Below the pieces are notes generated by a model. The model did not search any database, was not told where the DNA came from, and saw only the letters and a list, made by a program, of their open reading frames with translations. This document shows positions 11,972 through 29,329 of a DNA stretch of 64,000 nucleotides, in pieces (the first letter of the stretch is position 1; the number at the start of each line of letters is the position of its first letter). The translations under genes and the position numbers were made by a program. The DNA comes from Octopus sinensis (lineage: Eukaryota), in assembly GCF_006345805.1 (NCBI RefSeq), contig NC_043008.1:24428001-24492000 (forward strand). The letters are read 5' to 3'.

Positions 11972-13354
11972 GAACCATCGAAAAAAATGCTATGAAAATG
12001 ACCGTTAAAACAAATGGAAATTACTGGGACTGACCGTTACTAAGACAAAAGAGCTATTAGAATAACCGCTAAGGGGAGGGAGTAAAGATAAGGGAGTAAA
12101 AATGTTCATAGTAATCGCGTAAGCGCGCCTGTCCATACATACACATGCGCGCCCACACACCCACGTACATGTACCTATATGTATATACTCATCCACCGTC
12201 ACTTGAAACACAAACATGCTCACCAACACATTCGCCACAAATATCACCACAAATTTCTTACTGAGCTTATATAAAACTGCTGGTATATTAACTGTTTATG
12301 ATATAAGAGAAATGCTCAAACTATAATTGTTAATATTTAATATATAAATTTTAACATATCCCTTTAACCTAACTTTCCTTTATTAATACCAATAATTACC
12401 ATTTAATAAATAACTATAAATATATGTTAAATTAGTATAGAAATATATAAATATGGAATTATTTCTATATTTTCTGTCCCACTATTGTGTAAAAAGTTTT
12501 GATAATACTGTATGTATATTCTTCTTGGTGCTCTTTATAATTAACTCTAAAATATATCTGTGTATATACAGACAACATTGTTTTATAGTAGGTAAATGCT
12601 TTATACTATAAGATTTCACTCTCCCTACCCCATTAGCATTAGCCTGCAAATTTAGCTGCTATAATATTGTCTGAAGTATACTCTCACTGAACCACATGGT
12701 TTTACTGCAAAGAAAGCTTTATTTATGACTCTGCCACTTAAATTGTCTATCTGTTTTGCCCTATCCATAAAGGATTTCTCTTAGATTTGATAAACTAGTC
12801 TGTAAATTAAAACTAACTACCCCCCCTCCCACTAGTAAATCTGAATAACACAAATAATCAGTGATAAGCAGAGTCTTCCTTGAAAAAATCTCAGTTACAA
12901 CTGTGATATTGATAAAACATGTTCTTTGTCTATCTATTTATACTCTTGGTGATTTTGGAGAAAAAGAAAATTATACAAATGGGTCCTTCGAATTTAACTA
13001 AATTCTCTATTTTTATGCAGCTAAAGATTGCTCCACATTTTAAATTGACGTAATGTATGCATTGTTCAAATAAATGTGAGTCGCATGAAACGATCGTACT
13101 GCATTACCTCTGGATATCCTTGATGGTTATTTTTATTATAATCACGACATTTTGAATTATATGGATAATACTATACTAAATCCTGGTGTCTTTAACTTAA
13201 GTACCATATTCATCTGAATCTAAATTTTACTGAACTTATATATATATATCAAAGTGTCACTAGAGACAGAAATCCCCATAAATTCATGAAATCAGAATAT
13301 AAATTCAACCATGTCATAGAATATTATATTTAATACTTACTATTCATGTTCAAA

Positions 13355-13423
13355 GTTGTCGACTACACGTGTTTCATGAGGTTGTGCACTATGTTCTTGA
13401 GACACCCAATCTTCGGGTCCACC
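13355..13423 (-). ncRNA. Degenerate hammerhead motif
   Basis: cCGAAGA...GAAAC-acgtgta-GTC|gacaac. The core U appears mutated and stems I and II are imperfect. Confidence 0.4.
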
Positions 13424-15088
13424 ATTTATAATTTTATCTATCATTATATATTTCAGCTTACAGGTATATCAAACTATACAGATGTATAAATAAATTTCTG
13501 GTAGGTATGTCAAAACATATAGATGCGTAAATAAATTCATTGAATCTTGCAGTTTAAGCCATAATTAATTTAAGAATTAAATGTGAATTACGCCTAAAAA
13601 AATATATATAAATGAAAAATATATACGAATGAGAAAATATATACGAATGCAGAAAAAATATATATTAATGAGAAGAAAATATAAAATTATAAGAATGAAA
13701 ACATTAAAAAGATACATATATCCAAATGAAGGGGATGAATAAGAAACGAATGGAAACTAAAATACAAATGACAAAAATTCAGGTGAATGTTACGCGAAAA
13801 ATGCGAATGAAGATATGCAAAGATATGAAAAAACATATGGAAAAAAATATAAAGAGAAAAATATTTAAAAATGAAAAAATATATAATTAGAATTAATTTA
13901 TAAATTAATATAATTAGAATTAATATAATAGACTTGATTTAAAATCTAAAAGTATATTCTTAGTTATAAGGTATACAGTATTTGGTAACTGAAAGATAAA
14001 ACCGTGGTTTTATATATAGAAAATAAAATAAATGGAGCAATAACAAACAATGAGAAGTTAATCATTGGCATTAAAAAGTCATAGTTTAATTGTATTTCAG
14101 AAACATTTACAGCTGTTTCTGTTTATCAAATCGAAGTAAATTTGTATTTATCTCGTTTCATTTAACAAACATCGTCAGAATGATTTAGCGGAAAAGAAAT
14201 AGGAGAAAAAGGGAAATGAAAGGAAAAGGAAAAAGAAAAAAATTTCGTTAAGTCTTTAGGCTTACATTTTAGTGACTTTCCATGTGTGTGTACGTTTCTT
14301 CAATTAGGTGAATGGAGCGGTAAGTGGAGAAAATGTCTAGTCGACCGGCGGTGTTCATCGAAGGAGTTATACCTGGTGGAGATATCCGGTGTTTGTAATT
14401 GTCATATATAACGCTGTTAGGGACCGCCAGGTTAGTCCCTATGGTTACAAATAATGCCCTTGTTAAAAACTAAGAATACTTTTTCACAGTATATATATAT
14501 ATATATATATATATACGGGCTACGTAAAAGAATAAAAAAGATAAAGAGCAGAGAAATTAATAAAAATCAATAGAAATATAACGTGTTGTGTGAGTCGGCA
14601 ATCTAGCTTTAAAGTAAATATATTATAGAGGATTATATGCCCAGCTGTACAACGTAGAACGTAGGATTTTCAAATTATGCTTTGTGGTAGCTGGGATGGT
14701 TAGGGAGGTACTAAGATGTTTGGAAGGTCAGCTAGCAACCTGTAATATGGGTATTCGCGGTATTCAGAGAATAAGAATTTATCTTTATGCTAACATGTTA
14801 ATTTTACTCGTCTTGTTTATTAAGTAATTCTGATTTGGCTATTAAAATGAGGCTTTTTCTCTTTTATGCATAAATTACAGTGATTATCATGAAGGTTATA
14901 TGAAGATGTTTAAGCTAGGATACGCCGTTCTAATCTATATAAGGTGTTCTTGCCTTTCGGTTTCCAGATGTAACTACTTAGTTCGCTTTACTTCCATTTC
15001 TGAACTACAATTAAACTATAACTTTTTAATACCAATGATCAACTTCTCACCGTTTATTATTGCTCCATTTCTTTTCTGATATATATAT

Positions 15089-15131
<43 letters not shown>

Positions 15132-15133
15132 AC

Positions 15134-15802
15134 TTAGTAATGCAATACGAAAGTATTGCTTTCCAATAAAGAATAGCCCGAAGGAAAATTATACATAGAA
15201 GTAAATATATGGCACAACGAAGTACCGATATTTACTGGAAATAGCGAACGTAATAATACGACGCTAATGTATAGCTTCACCGCGTATGTACTAGCAAAAA
15301 TGCGTGAGTGCAACAAACTAGAAAAAAATTGTCTTACCTCCAGGGAGAACATCTGAAAGATGAAATACCTAGAAAAGGATAATGTGGGACCGGAGCCGGT
15401 TTCAGATTTTTCAAGATATGCCTCCACACATATACTTGATTTATCTTCGTCAGCCAAACATATACCACGACAACATTTCAGATGTTACCACATTAATGCC
15501 AATACACTCGACTGAAACGCCGAAACGCTAACAGAACGAGAACGGTGAAGAAGCTTCAATAAAATTAGTAATGCAATACGAAAGTATTGCTTTCCAATAA
15601 AGAATAGCCCGCGAGGGAAAATTATACATAGAAGTAAATATATGGCACAAGGAAGTACCGATATTTACTGGAAATAGCGAACGTAATAATACGACGCTAA
15701 TGCTAATAGCGGTGAAGCTATACATTAGCGTCGTATTATTACATTCGCTATTTCCAGTAAATATCGGTACTTCGTTGTGCCATATATTTACTTCTATGTA
15801 TA
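15134..15802. mobile_element. PLE pseudo-LTR-like block: direct repeat plus inverted repeat around a hammerhead
   Basis: 15134-15270 is repeated directly at 15565-15702; 15190-15283 is repeated inverted at 15709-15802. Confidence 0.8.
15383..15458 (-). ncRNA. Minimal type-I hammerhead ribozyme motif
   Basis: tgg-CTGACGA-agat...atct-GAAAC-cggctccg-GTC|ccacat. Stem II is agat/atct plus tcaag/cttga, stem III is accgg/ccggt, stem I is tgg/cca. Confidence 0.8.
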
Positions 15803-16063
15803 TTCAGCAAAATTTATATTCAAATGAATCAGATGCACCAGAACTTTGTACGGTGTTATCTATATAAATCCATAGGGTGATTATAATCAAAATAAGCAAC
15901 AAGAATATCTTCGGTAATTTGGTATGATCGTTTCACGCTATATCATTTTATTAAACATTGTAAGTATTACAACATTTTAAAAATATTGAGCAACCATCAG
16001 ACATTTATAGAGGTTTTCCATCAATACATATACTTATTTTCATGTTAATTGATAACATTATAA

Positions 16064-16166
16064 AGAGGGTAGATATACAGACAGAGATGTTGATTTAAAT
16101 GTTAAGAACATTAAGGTATTAGAATTTATCTTCCGACTGAAGATTTTCTTTAAGTTATTTTGATCT
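16064..16166 (+). mobile_element. Inverted copy of a PLE RT segment (matches 19050-19153)
   Basis: agggtagatatacaga...ctttaagttattttgatc is the reverse complement of 19050-19153 with few mismatches. Confidence 0.9.
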
Positions 16167-16656
16167 GCTAGAAAGTGGGGAGGGATATTCTGTTGAATGG
16201 AGACAAAAGAGATTTTCTATTTATAGAAATAGGTAGGGGTGAAATAAATGTCAGAAGTTATTTCTGAACAAATTAAAGTGGAAGGGGGATTATACTGTCT
16301 TAGAGGCTGTATCCTACTATTTGGCAATCAGATTTTGTATCAAGAAAACTAGGTTAATGCTAAATGGTCATAATAATCATCTATATACTAAATAGTTATA
16401 GAAAATACAGAGATTCCTTTACACTTATACAAACATATACCAATATGTATCAGATTTATACTTAGCTAGTAGGTGCTGATTATTTTAATAAGTTGGATTA
16501 AAAGAGAATTTTAAATCTAATATTTATTAAGTTTAGAGAAAACAACTATCATTTATTATGAGTAGGCATAATATTCAATAACTGTGGACAAAAGTCTTAT
16601 TAATTAAGTGAATATATTAGGAGTTGATAATATATAATGGAAAAAGCGGAAGAGGA

Positions 16657-16765
16657 GTAATCAAGATGAGTCATTTTCTTAGGTTTAGTAGATGGTGATT
16701 TATTTTTAGGAAGAGAAGTAATCAAGAAGAGTAATTTTCTTAGATTTAGTTGATGGTGATTTGTT
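16657..16765 (+). repeat. 61-bp tandem repeat (two copies, third partial at ~16885)
   Basis: gtaatcaagatgagtcattttcttaggtttagtagatggtgattt vs gtaatcaagaagagtaattttcttagatttagttgatggtgattt. Confidence 0.8.
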
Positions 16766-17104
16766 ATTAATGAATTAAATTTAAAAAAATCTGTTAGACA
16801 TAATATTTACTACCCGCAGAGAAAAAACTAATCAGTTAGGTAAAAATATCCGGGGTCAATAATATATTAAAATATGGAAGTGAGGTAATCAAGATGAACT
16901 GAGTAATTTCCTTAGAGACATAGAATGTTTTCTATTTAATATAGGAGATTATCAGAAAAAAAAGAGAATTTAATTCTAAATATGCAATGAAGTTTTTTTA
17001 GTAATCTGTGCATGTTGAATAAAAGCTAGTATGGTATATTCATTCTTATTTAGTTATAAAGTATTAGAATTTGAAAATTTAGGAATGGTTCCAATATTAT
17101 TATT

Positions 17105-17763
17105 CAAAATATTTAAACGTACGGGTTGTGCGATGTATGCAAGATATTCCTAGTTCAGAACGGTTATTTAACAAGTTTCTATTATTCCTATGTTTTAAAA
17201 TTTCATATGTTTCCATAGAACAAAGTTCACAACCCTCTCTACTATTTTTAAAAGGCCGTGCCTTTCTTACTATATCCCATTTTAGGTTAAATTCTATATT
17301 ATTTCTTTTCAGTTCCCAAATTTTACTGGAGAATGTTGTGCAACCTGCCTTATATTTAAGCCTAAAGGAGGAAAAATGGTTTTATTAACGTGTTTTTAGA
17401 TCCACCGAACAACCGGAATAAAGATAGCTATTATTTAAAGTCATTATTGTACATTTATAAATTACATTTTGGATCAGACAGTGGCCAGCTACCGGACCTT
17501 TCAATCTAATTCAACAATTACAGCTGGGGGGGATAATTCATGGTATTAGTATTATTTAGGGACAATCCATTTTCATTCTCGTTACTAGAGCTATTATTAG
17601 TGTTAGTGTTATATATAACAGTAGTTATATTGTCATGTAAATTGGGGTTGCTAGTTATTAATCCATTCTCACTAACCTCACATACCACATCTTTATTTTT
17701 ACTATCTATAACATTGATGTTGTCATTATCACTATATTAATGTTATTATCATTATTATTATTA

Positions 17764-17809
<46 letters not shown>

Positions 17810-17861
17810 ATCATCATTATTGTTATTATTGTTATTATTATTGTTATTATTATTATTGTTG

Positions 17862-17892
<31 letters not shown>

Positions 17893-19153
17893 TATTATTG
17901 TTGCTACTATTTATTCTATTTCTAGCTAACTTTATATTTTTACTATTAAGTCTAGCTATTATGGTACCCATATCTGGAAGTGTAGAGTATGATATTCTTA
18001 CTGATTTATTAGAAATTATTTTATAATATTTATGGGAAGCAGGGAATTTTTTTCTAGTATAGACATAAATCTGCCCTATATATTCGTAGAGATCGTACAG
18101 TTGAAAGGGATATTTAACCATATAACATTTTTTCTTTTGTATTTTTTATTTTGAGTAAGGGTGGGAAAGATTAATGTTATCTATATTCTTTCGAGACTCA
18201 TTACTCATTATAGTGTTATATTTATGTTTATTAGGTTTTTTCTTTGTGGGAGAGATTTTTATATTATTATTTACATTTATTTTATCTGGTTTAACATTTT
18301 CATATTTATTTGCGATCTGTTTCCTATTTTCATTCATTTTTTTAAGTTTATATACTAGGTTCTTTTCTTCAATTGATCTATGTTTATTTAAAGTATAAGA
18401 TTCTATATTACTTGAGCTATATTCATTCGTTTCATCGTTTTATCAAGATCCAGGAAGGTGATTTCCTGGTCGCATCCAGCTCTAGATAGTGCAACATTAT
18501 AATGATTCGAGTGAGAGTCAAAACTTTCATTATTCGATGATAATTTTGAAATTCTCCGAGAAATACGTTTCATTATTGATTTCAGTATATTAGGGGGGGG
18601 TGATTCGATTATTTGTTTACGTATCTGGTAACTTCATCCTCCTTCCAAAATGGGTGATATAACCTTGAATTTAAGTCTAAGGTAACATCTAGAAAGTTAA
18701 CTTTTTTGGTCTTATATTCATAAGAGATGCCTAAGTTGAAATCTTTGAAAAATCTACTAATTTTCTTCCTTATTCTCTCAATGACCAATTTATTATTACT
18801 AGGTATGATAAATAAAGCATCATCTCTATATCACCCCCTTGTAATTCGGGGATTTCTCTACTTATGCATTTTAATAAATACGCTCCTACTAAATTAGTTA
18901 TCTCTGCCGAATCACTTGAGCCCATGGCTATATCGAAATTATTTGGGGTATCAGCCCTAGTCCACAATTTTCCTTCAAATTCAATAATAGTTTTCCTAGC
19001 TAATAAAATAATATCAATTTCCTCCCTAATTATGAGAGAGAGTTTTTTTGCGATCAAAATAACTTAAAGAAAATTCTTCAGTCAGAAGATAAATTCTAAT
19101 ACCTTAATGTTCTTAACATTTAAATCAACATCTCTCTCTGTATATCTACCCTA
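17105..19153 (-). mobile_element. Penelope-like retroelement remnant, RT plus C-terminal GIY-YIG (resembles Hydra clade)
   Basis: FDIAMGSSDSAEITNLVGAYLL, a frameshifted YRDD at ~18820, EITFLDL, ISYSTLPDMGTIIARLN, CNC..PVAGHCL..VIYKC, and KIWELK...WDIVRKA...CELCSMETYEI...LNNRSELGISCIH. Interrupted by (TAT)n at 17737-17900. Confidence 0.88.
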
Positions 19154-19154
19154 T

Positions 19155-20294
19155 TTTTAATCGCATCAATGTAAAACTCTTTTGGTTTCAAAGCGAAGAA
19201 CTCTGAAATGTCAATTTCGCCCCATCCTGGCTTGCGAAATTTATGTCCCCAAATAATTCTGTAAACTACGAAACAAATGGTAGTCTGAAGGAGCAAGGTC
19301 GGGAGAATAAGATGGGTGAGGAATTTTTTCCAACCAAGCTCTTCGATCTTCTGTGATGTGATGATTGCAGTGTGGGGTCGCGCATTGTCCTTACGAAACA
19401 TCACTCTTTTTCGATTCACAAAACGGGTCTTTTTTCTTCAAATTTTAGTTCAAACGCTGTTATTGCTGACAGTAGACTTGAGCATTAGTTGTTGCATTAG
19501 GTGGTAAAAATTCAAAGTGAATTACCCCTTTGCAATCCCACAAGATAGAGAGAAGAACCTTTTCCCCATGAAGTTCCCTTCCCGCCGTGGTTGAGCTTTC
19601 TCCCTTCTACCAAGCCACTCTTCATGACGTTTAACATTTCAATAGAAGATCCATTTTTCGTCGACAGTCTATACAAAAAGGGTGAAATGAGTTCGCGAGA
19701 ATGGATAGAAGAGCATATGTCAACTAGGGATTTGCGGTTACTTTTGGACAATTCAGGAGGCATCCATTTTCCAAGTTTAGGAACCTTTCCAAGTTGTTGA
19801 AGTTGACGATGAACAGTTATATGGTTTCAACTAAGCTTTATTGCCAATTATTCAACTGATAATGCAGGATTTTCTTCATGTAATGCCTCAAGGAGCTTAT
19901 CATCAAACTCAAATGGACGTCCTGTTCGATCTTCATCATCAAGGCTAAAATCTCCCCTTCTGAATTTTGTAAACCATCTTCTGCAAGTTCTTTCATTCAA
20001 GCATACCTTCTCATAAACTAAGTGTATGTTTCGAGTCTCTTCGGCTGCAGAGTTTCCTTTTTTATACTCATAAAGCATTATGTGCCCCAAATGCTCTTTG
20101 GATACTTCCATGTTAGAAAGGGTTTTAATCAAAGAAATTTTAATACTATTATTCTGTAAAATAATATTTGATTAGTTTAAATGTACACAAATGCATAAAA
20201 ATAATTTTTAATTCCATTAGACATGCTAAAATACTATTAAATTTAATTCAATTTAGTAAAGGTAAAATCGGACAGACCTTATGGGATGACCTGA
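19155..20294 (-). mobile_element. Mariner transposon remnant (Mos1-like), one TIR retained
   Basis: HIMLYEYKKGNSAAE..RTCRRWFTKFRRGDFSLDDEDRTGRP, DNARPH and SYSPDLAPSDYHLFRSLQN. Right end ...cggacagaccttatgggatgacctga-TA; the opposite end is truncated against the PLE. Confidence 0.92.
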
Positions 20295-20909
20295 TATATA
20301 TATATATATATATATACATACATATATATGTAGGTATGTGTATATATATATATACGTGTGTTCTTCGCTGCTCAGCCCTATCAGCAGCTAACCCAGCAGA
20401 ACAACTGAAAAAGAAACAACCGTAAAAAAACTGGAAGATCTATTTTCTGTGAGTAATTTGAATTTCCCTCAAACTAAGTTAAGGAACTTACATATCTACA
20501 ACTTTGGACATACAAACGAACACCTAACAAAAAAATCTAGAAACATAAATACCTCCAATTTTGTGTGAACATTTTGTCGTCCCCTCTTCCTATCAGAATA
20601 TGAAAAAATGCCTTTTATTGTAACAACACAACTAAATGCACGATAAAAGAAAAATTATGGAAGTAAACACCTGCTAATATATACATGTATATACTTAAAA
20701 ACTTAAATATATTACCCAAACATGTAAACACAACTTTTACAACTTTTATTGCAACAACACAATTGAATTCAGAAATTTAAAAAAATCATCGATGTGAATA
20801 TCAGATAATATGTGTGTGTGTATACATATGCATATGCATGTGTGTGTATATATATATTATTATTATTTAAATATCAGAATGAGATTGAAACAGTAATCGT
20901 TCGATAATG

Positions 20910-20966
20910 TAAAGTATAGAAGCCATCTTATGTGGTTAACCATGATAAGATGGCTTCCATACTTTA
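20910..20966. repeat. ~57-nt near-perfect hairpin
   Basis: aaagtatagaagccatcttat / ataagatggcttccatacttt (one mismatch) around the palindrome tggttaacca. Confidence 0.85.
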
Positions 20967-21129
20967 TATTATTATTATTTTCCTACTATTAATTGCAAAT
21001 ACAAGTTGAATTGCTTTTCGAGCCAGCGCTCCCAGTATCAACTGGTTCTGACCTCTCTTGACCCAAAGGGTCTTTTGTTCTCTGACCTCGCCACCATCTG
21101 CTGAATCTATTTATAGATTACCTCTTTAT

Positions 21130-21159
21130 AACCAACTACTACTATTACTGTTGCTGCTG

Positions 21160-21204
<45 letters not shown>

Positions 21205-21485
21205 ATACTACTACTACTACTACAATTTCTACTACTACTGCTGCTACTGCTGCTGCTGTTGCTGCTGCTACAGCTACTACTACTGCTACTACTACTGCTG
21301 CTACCACTACTGCTGCTGTCACTACTACTGCTACTATTGCTACCACTGCTGCTGCTGCTACTGTTGCTCTTGCCACCGCTGCTTCTGCTGCTACTACTGC
21401 TGCTGTTGCTGCTGCCGTTACTACTGCTGTTACCACTGCCTCTGCTACTGCTGATAGTCATATTGCTGCTGCTGCTGATGATGAT
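21130..21485. repeat. (CTA)n/(CTG)n compound trinucleotide repeat
   Basis: Direct reading; it produces spurious poly-L/S/V ORFs. Confidence 0.95.
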
Positions 21486-21569
21486 GAATATTAGTGGTTG
21501 AAAATAAATATATAAAACAAACGTAGGTAGAAGAATGAAAAATCTAACAATAATTTAATATTACTTGAA

Positions 21570-25607
<4,038 letters not shown>

Positions 25608-25621
25608 TATGCATGTATGTA

Positions 25622-25662
<41 letters not shown>

Positions 25663-26440
25663 TTCTGAAGCATGAAAAGCTTCAAATTGAAACCGGGTTG
25701 CAACAATATTCCTATTACGGTGCCTATTATGATACGACATATACATATTGTTGACAGTTGCAGAACAAGAGATAAACTTGTTTCCACAAGTTTATTCCAG
25801 TTCACAAATGTTGAAAATATCATTTATCTCAGATATTTCATGTTCTCTAATAAGTATCTCATATTGCAAACCTGAAAGAGAAGCCAATATAATATCTAAT
25901 TACTTTTCTGTAGGCTCATGGCCAACTTTCAAAGTAAAGGAAAAAGTGATTGAATCAATACCAGAATTACTGGTACTTATTTATGGATAATATGACAGCC
26001 CCGGGGAATTGAGCACATAGCTTAACCTAAATACTATGAGACATTTACACCGATACTGATACTCTTTCTTCCTACTTCCTAATCTAGCATAATTTCCAGA
26101 TGTTATAGAGCAGCTAAATAAATTCATGACAGTGTTTCATTTTGTTCAGTTAAGTTATTAGTTCAGATCTTTAGGGGATCTTGTTTGCTTGCCATATCCC
26201 CGGGATTGTTGATAAAATGTTTGGGCTGATGAAATCAACTATAGTCATCTGTGAAAATAGGTCCAACAAATGATATCAAACTAATCAAATTTATGCTGAT
26301 TAAATAGTCGCCAAAGTTTTCGCTACTAAAAATAAATATCTTGTATCGAAAGATGTGTGCCTACCTTGATTTTGAAGGACTATGCTATATAGCTCAGTAC
26401 TGCTTTTAAGACATGAGCTACTGATATTGCAATTGCTCAT

Positions 26441-26522
26441 ATATCTACTGATATTTCCATATCTACTGATATTTCCATATCTACTGATATTTCCATATCT
26501 ACTGATATTTCCATATCTACTG
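26441..26522 (+). repeat. 18-bp tandem repeat (atatctactgatatttcc x4.5)
   Basis: Four exact copies plus a 10-nt partial. Confidence 0.95.
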
Positions 26523-26934
26523 CTCTTTTATTTCCTTAGATTATAGTGTTACCTGCCTATTTTCCCGTAGATATGGCCATATGAGATAGGTTCTTATAAT
26601 CTCGTGGCTATGCACAAATGTACAAATGAGTAGGCTGTAGTTTATTATACTCATACAAGAGAATCAGACTTTCTAATGACGAATAAAGAGTTATACAACG
26701 AATCTGATATTTAACATAGTCAACGATCAAACGACAAATTCTTTGACTAGAATTCCCGAATGATATGTTTCAGATAGGAAAACGAAAAGCATTTAAAACT
26801 AAGATAATTTTGCGCTTGGAATTATTGTTCTGATAAGTGGATCATTGATTCTTGCTTGACAGATCTCACATATATAGTTTTGCCCAATATTTTCTACTAA
26901 AGCAAATACTTTCTACTACAGATGTTGGTCGGGG

Positions 26935-27065
26935 AAAGCCTACTAAGAGAAATTTGGTGGGTCGACTAATAGGATGTTACCCGATTTATAAAATTGTGCC
27001 AGGGTCGATTTGTTCGACTAAAAATTCTTCAAGGTGCTGAAGCAAGTAAAAGAATAAAAGAATCT
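26935..27065 (+). mobile_element. SINE family A, 3' fragment
   Basis: gggtcgatttgttcgactaaaaattcttcaaggtg...caagtaaaagaataaaag matches the family A tail. Confidence 0.65.
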
Positions 27066-27959
27066 GTTGATAATAAAAGAGAAATTTAGATAAACATAAT
27101 AGTTTTTAAAACTATAGAAAAATTTATTATAATTGAAGTTGTGGAAAATGGCAGATAGTATCACTCATGCCATATGCAAAAAACTAAAATGGTAGTAGTC
27201 CAAACGTAATTCGAAACCCAATCATGGTTGCAAATCAGAACATAACCTGATATCCATTAACATATCCGCTCACATCGTTCAACAACCAGTCTAGTTGCTT
27301 TGTTTACATTTAGAGAAAAAGCTATTGCGTTATATTTGTTGCAGCGTTTTGTCTATGAGTGGCCATTACTTTAAGATATATACCAGTGTTTTAATTCTTT
27401 TGAAAAAGTATTAGAGACTGAAAGTCTTGTTTCGGTTAGTGCATTTATTACTATTTTACTGATTACCTTCGTCTTCTGCAATTCCTACCATCGTTCTGAT
27501 ATTTTTACCAGGCAGCAACCAAAAGAACTAACCAATTTCTCAATCGATTTTCTCGAAATTTATATTAGATTATGAAATAAATGACTTACGACTGTGTAAA
27601 CAAAGTATATCAAATATGTAAAAATGACAACGAACCAATTACAATAAATAAAATATTTAAAAAATTTAATTGACGTTATAAACAGAAAACATACCTTAAA
27701 CGAGGGAGACCTTTGCGAAATGAAAATGAGAAAATTTGATTAATCTTTGACTATCAACGAGGAAAAGGAAATACAATTATAATAAGTTAAAAATTAAGTT
27801 ATAACGTTCCAAATCAAAGGAAACGATCATTTCAAATACAAAATTTGCTCTAAAATGTTGGCTATTTATGTACTTTATAGAAAAATTACTGGATGAATTA
27901 ATATATTTTTGCTGTTCTTATACATGTATATACATAACTACATTATAAATACATACATG

Positions 27960-28032
<73 letters not shown>

Positions 28033-28035
<3 letters not shown>

Positions 28036-28263
28036 CTTTACTACCCACAAGGGGCTAAACATAGAGGGGACAAACAAGGACAGACAAAGGGATTAAGTCG
28101 ATTACATCGACCCCAGTGCGAAACTGGTACTTAATTTATCGACCCCGAAAGGATGAAAGGCAAAGTCGACATCGGCGGAATTTGAACTCAGAACGTAACG
28201 GCAGACGAAATACGGCTACGCATTTCGCCCGGTGTGCTAACGTGTCTGCCAGCTCGCCGCCTT
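28033..28263 (-). mobile_element. tRNA-type SINE (family B)
   Basis: Minus strand aaggcggcgagctggcagacacgttagc...gttctgagttcaaattccgcc...ggggtcgataaattaagtaccag. Homologous to 34919-35126 and 63263-63482. Confidence 0.85.
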
Positions 28264-28266
28264 TAA

Positions 28267-28300
<34 letters not shown>

Positions 28301-29329
28301 ATTTATATATATATATATATATATAACCTGAATGAAATTAATTAAGATAGAAAATTATTACGTATGCATAAAGAGATGTGCACATGCCAAAGCATATACG
28401 CCTTGTGTATATGGGGAAAATTTGTTTTGTATGGATATATTTATTTACGTGTGTAAGTAAGCAGTGGGAGTTTAGACAATACCATTTACTCTTGTACTAA
28501 TTTCAATAATTTAACTATAGTGATGTTGAATACAGCGGCTCGGTTAGTCATATTGCAAAGACATATTTCGATGTGGTGTTCCGAGAACGGGATATAAAAT
28601 CGCACAACATATACAATACTGACTTTAATGGATACAAATATAATCATGAAGGTATACATTCACAAACACACATAGATAGACAAACATGTATAGGTCTCAA
28701 TACGCATATATATACTTTATTTATTTTCATATGTGGGCTTGGCTCAGTATTTTGTCGCAAAGCAAAAGAGAAAATTCAAAAATTCAAAAGAGAAAATGTA
28801 ACTTATTCCTGGATAAAATGGCTCACATTTTCCACTAGATGCATCAAAGAAACAGGCCAATACAGTCGATTGCACTCCCAATGATGGCTTCGATGAAGTA
28901 ACGGGCAAGACTGCCCGGCAGAACCTCGTACTGTTCCGTCCATGTTTTCCATGACATCCAGGGTGGTTTCCCTGACCAATCCTTGGCACTGTAATGTTAC
29001 AGGTTCATGTCACATATGGCAATGCCAGAAATGCTAGATACGAATGTATAACTGCAAGGGCTTCAAATTTGGAGATGTTAAGTTGACATGACCATATTAC
29101 TATATCATATTGCTTTATCATCATGTCTGATAAAACCTGACCGATATTCATCTCTTAGGGTTGAAACTGAAAGCCTCATATACCACATATCTGAGAGTGG
29201 TATCTGGTACTGTTTTTACCAAGGAGAATTAATATTTAGAACTTATTCCAAACGAAACAGATTCGTCTCTAATGCACAAGGACATTACAATAGATTATCA
29301 AATTGGAAAAATCTTTAAAATCCTCTTTC

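Noticed and set aside
16136-16170. CTGAAGA resembling a hammerhead core
   Set aside because: It is PLE RT coding sequence (T-E-E codons), with no GAAAC or stems.
16910-16960. CTGATAA...GAAAAC...GTC on the minus strand downstream of the PLE stop
   Set aside because: Core mutated and stems unpaired; position is suggestive but not supportable.
21058-21501. Poly-Leu / poly-Ser / poly-Val ORFs
   Set aside because: Artefacts of the (CTA)/(CTG) repeat.
25660-26270. Hammerhead-like strings CTGAAGC..GAAAC (25668) and CTGATGA..GAAAAT..GTC (26226)
   Set aside because: Core deviations and non-pairing stem I; at most old relics.
26441-26522. 18-bp repeats and the 43-nt repeated stubs as a CRISPR-like array
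   Set aside because: No unique spacers, no cas genes, eukaryotic context.
28860-29000. GC-richer patch that might be a non-LTR element fragment
   Set aside because: No diagnostic motif in any frame.
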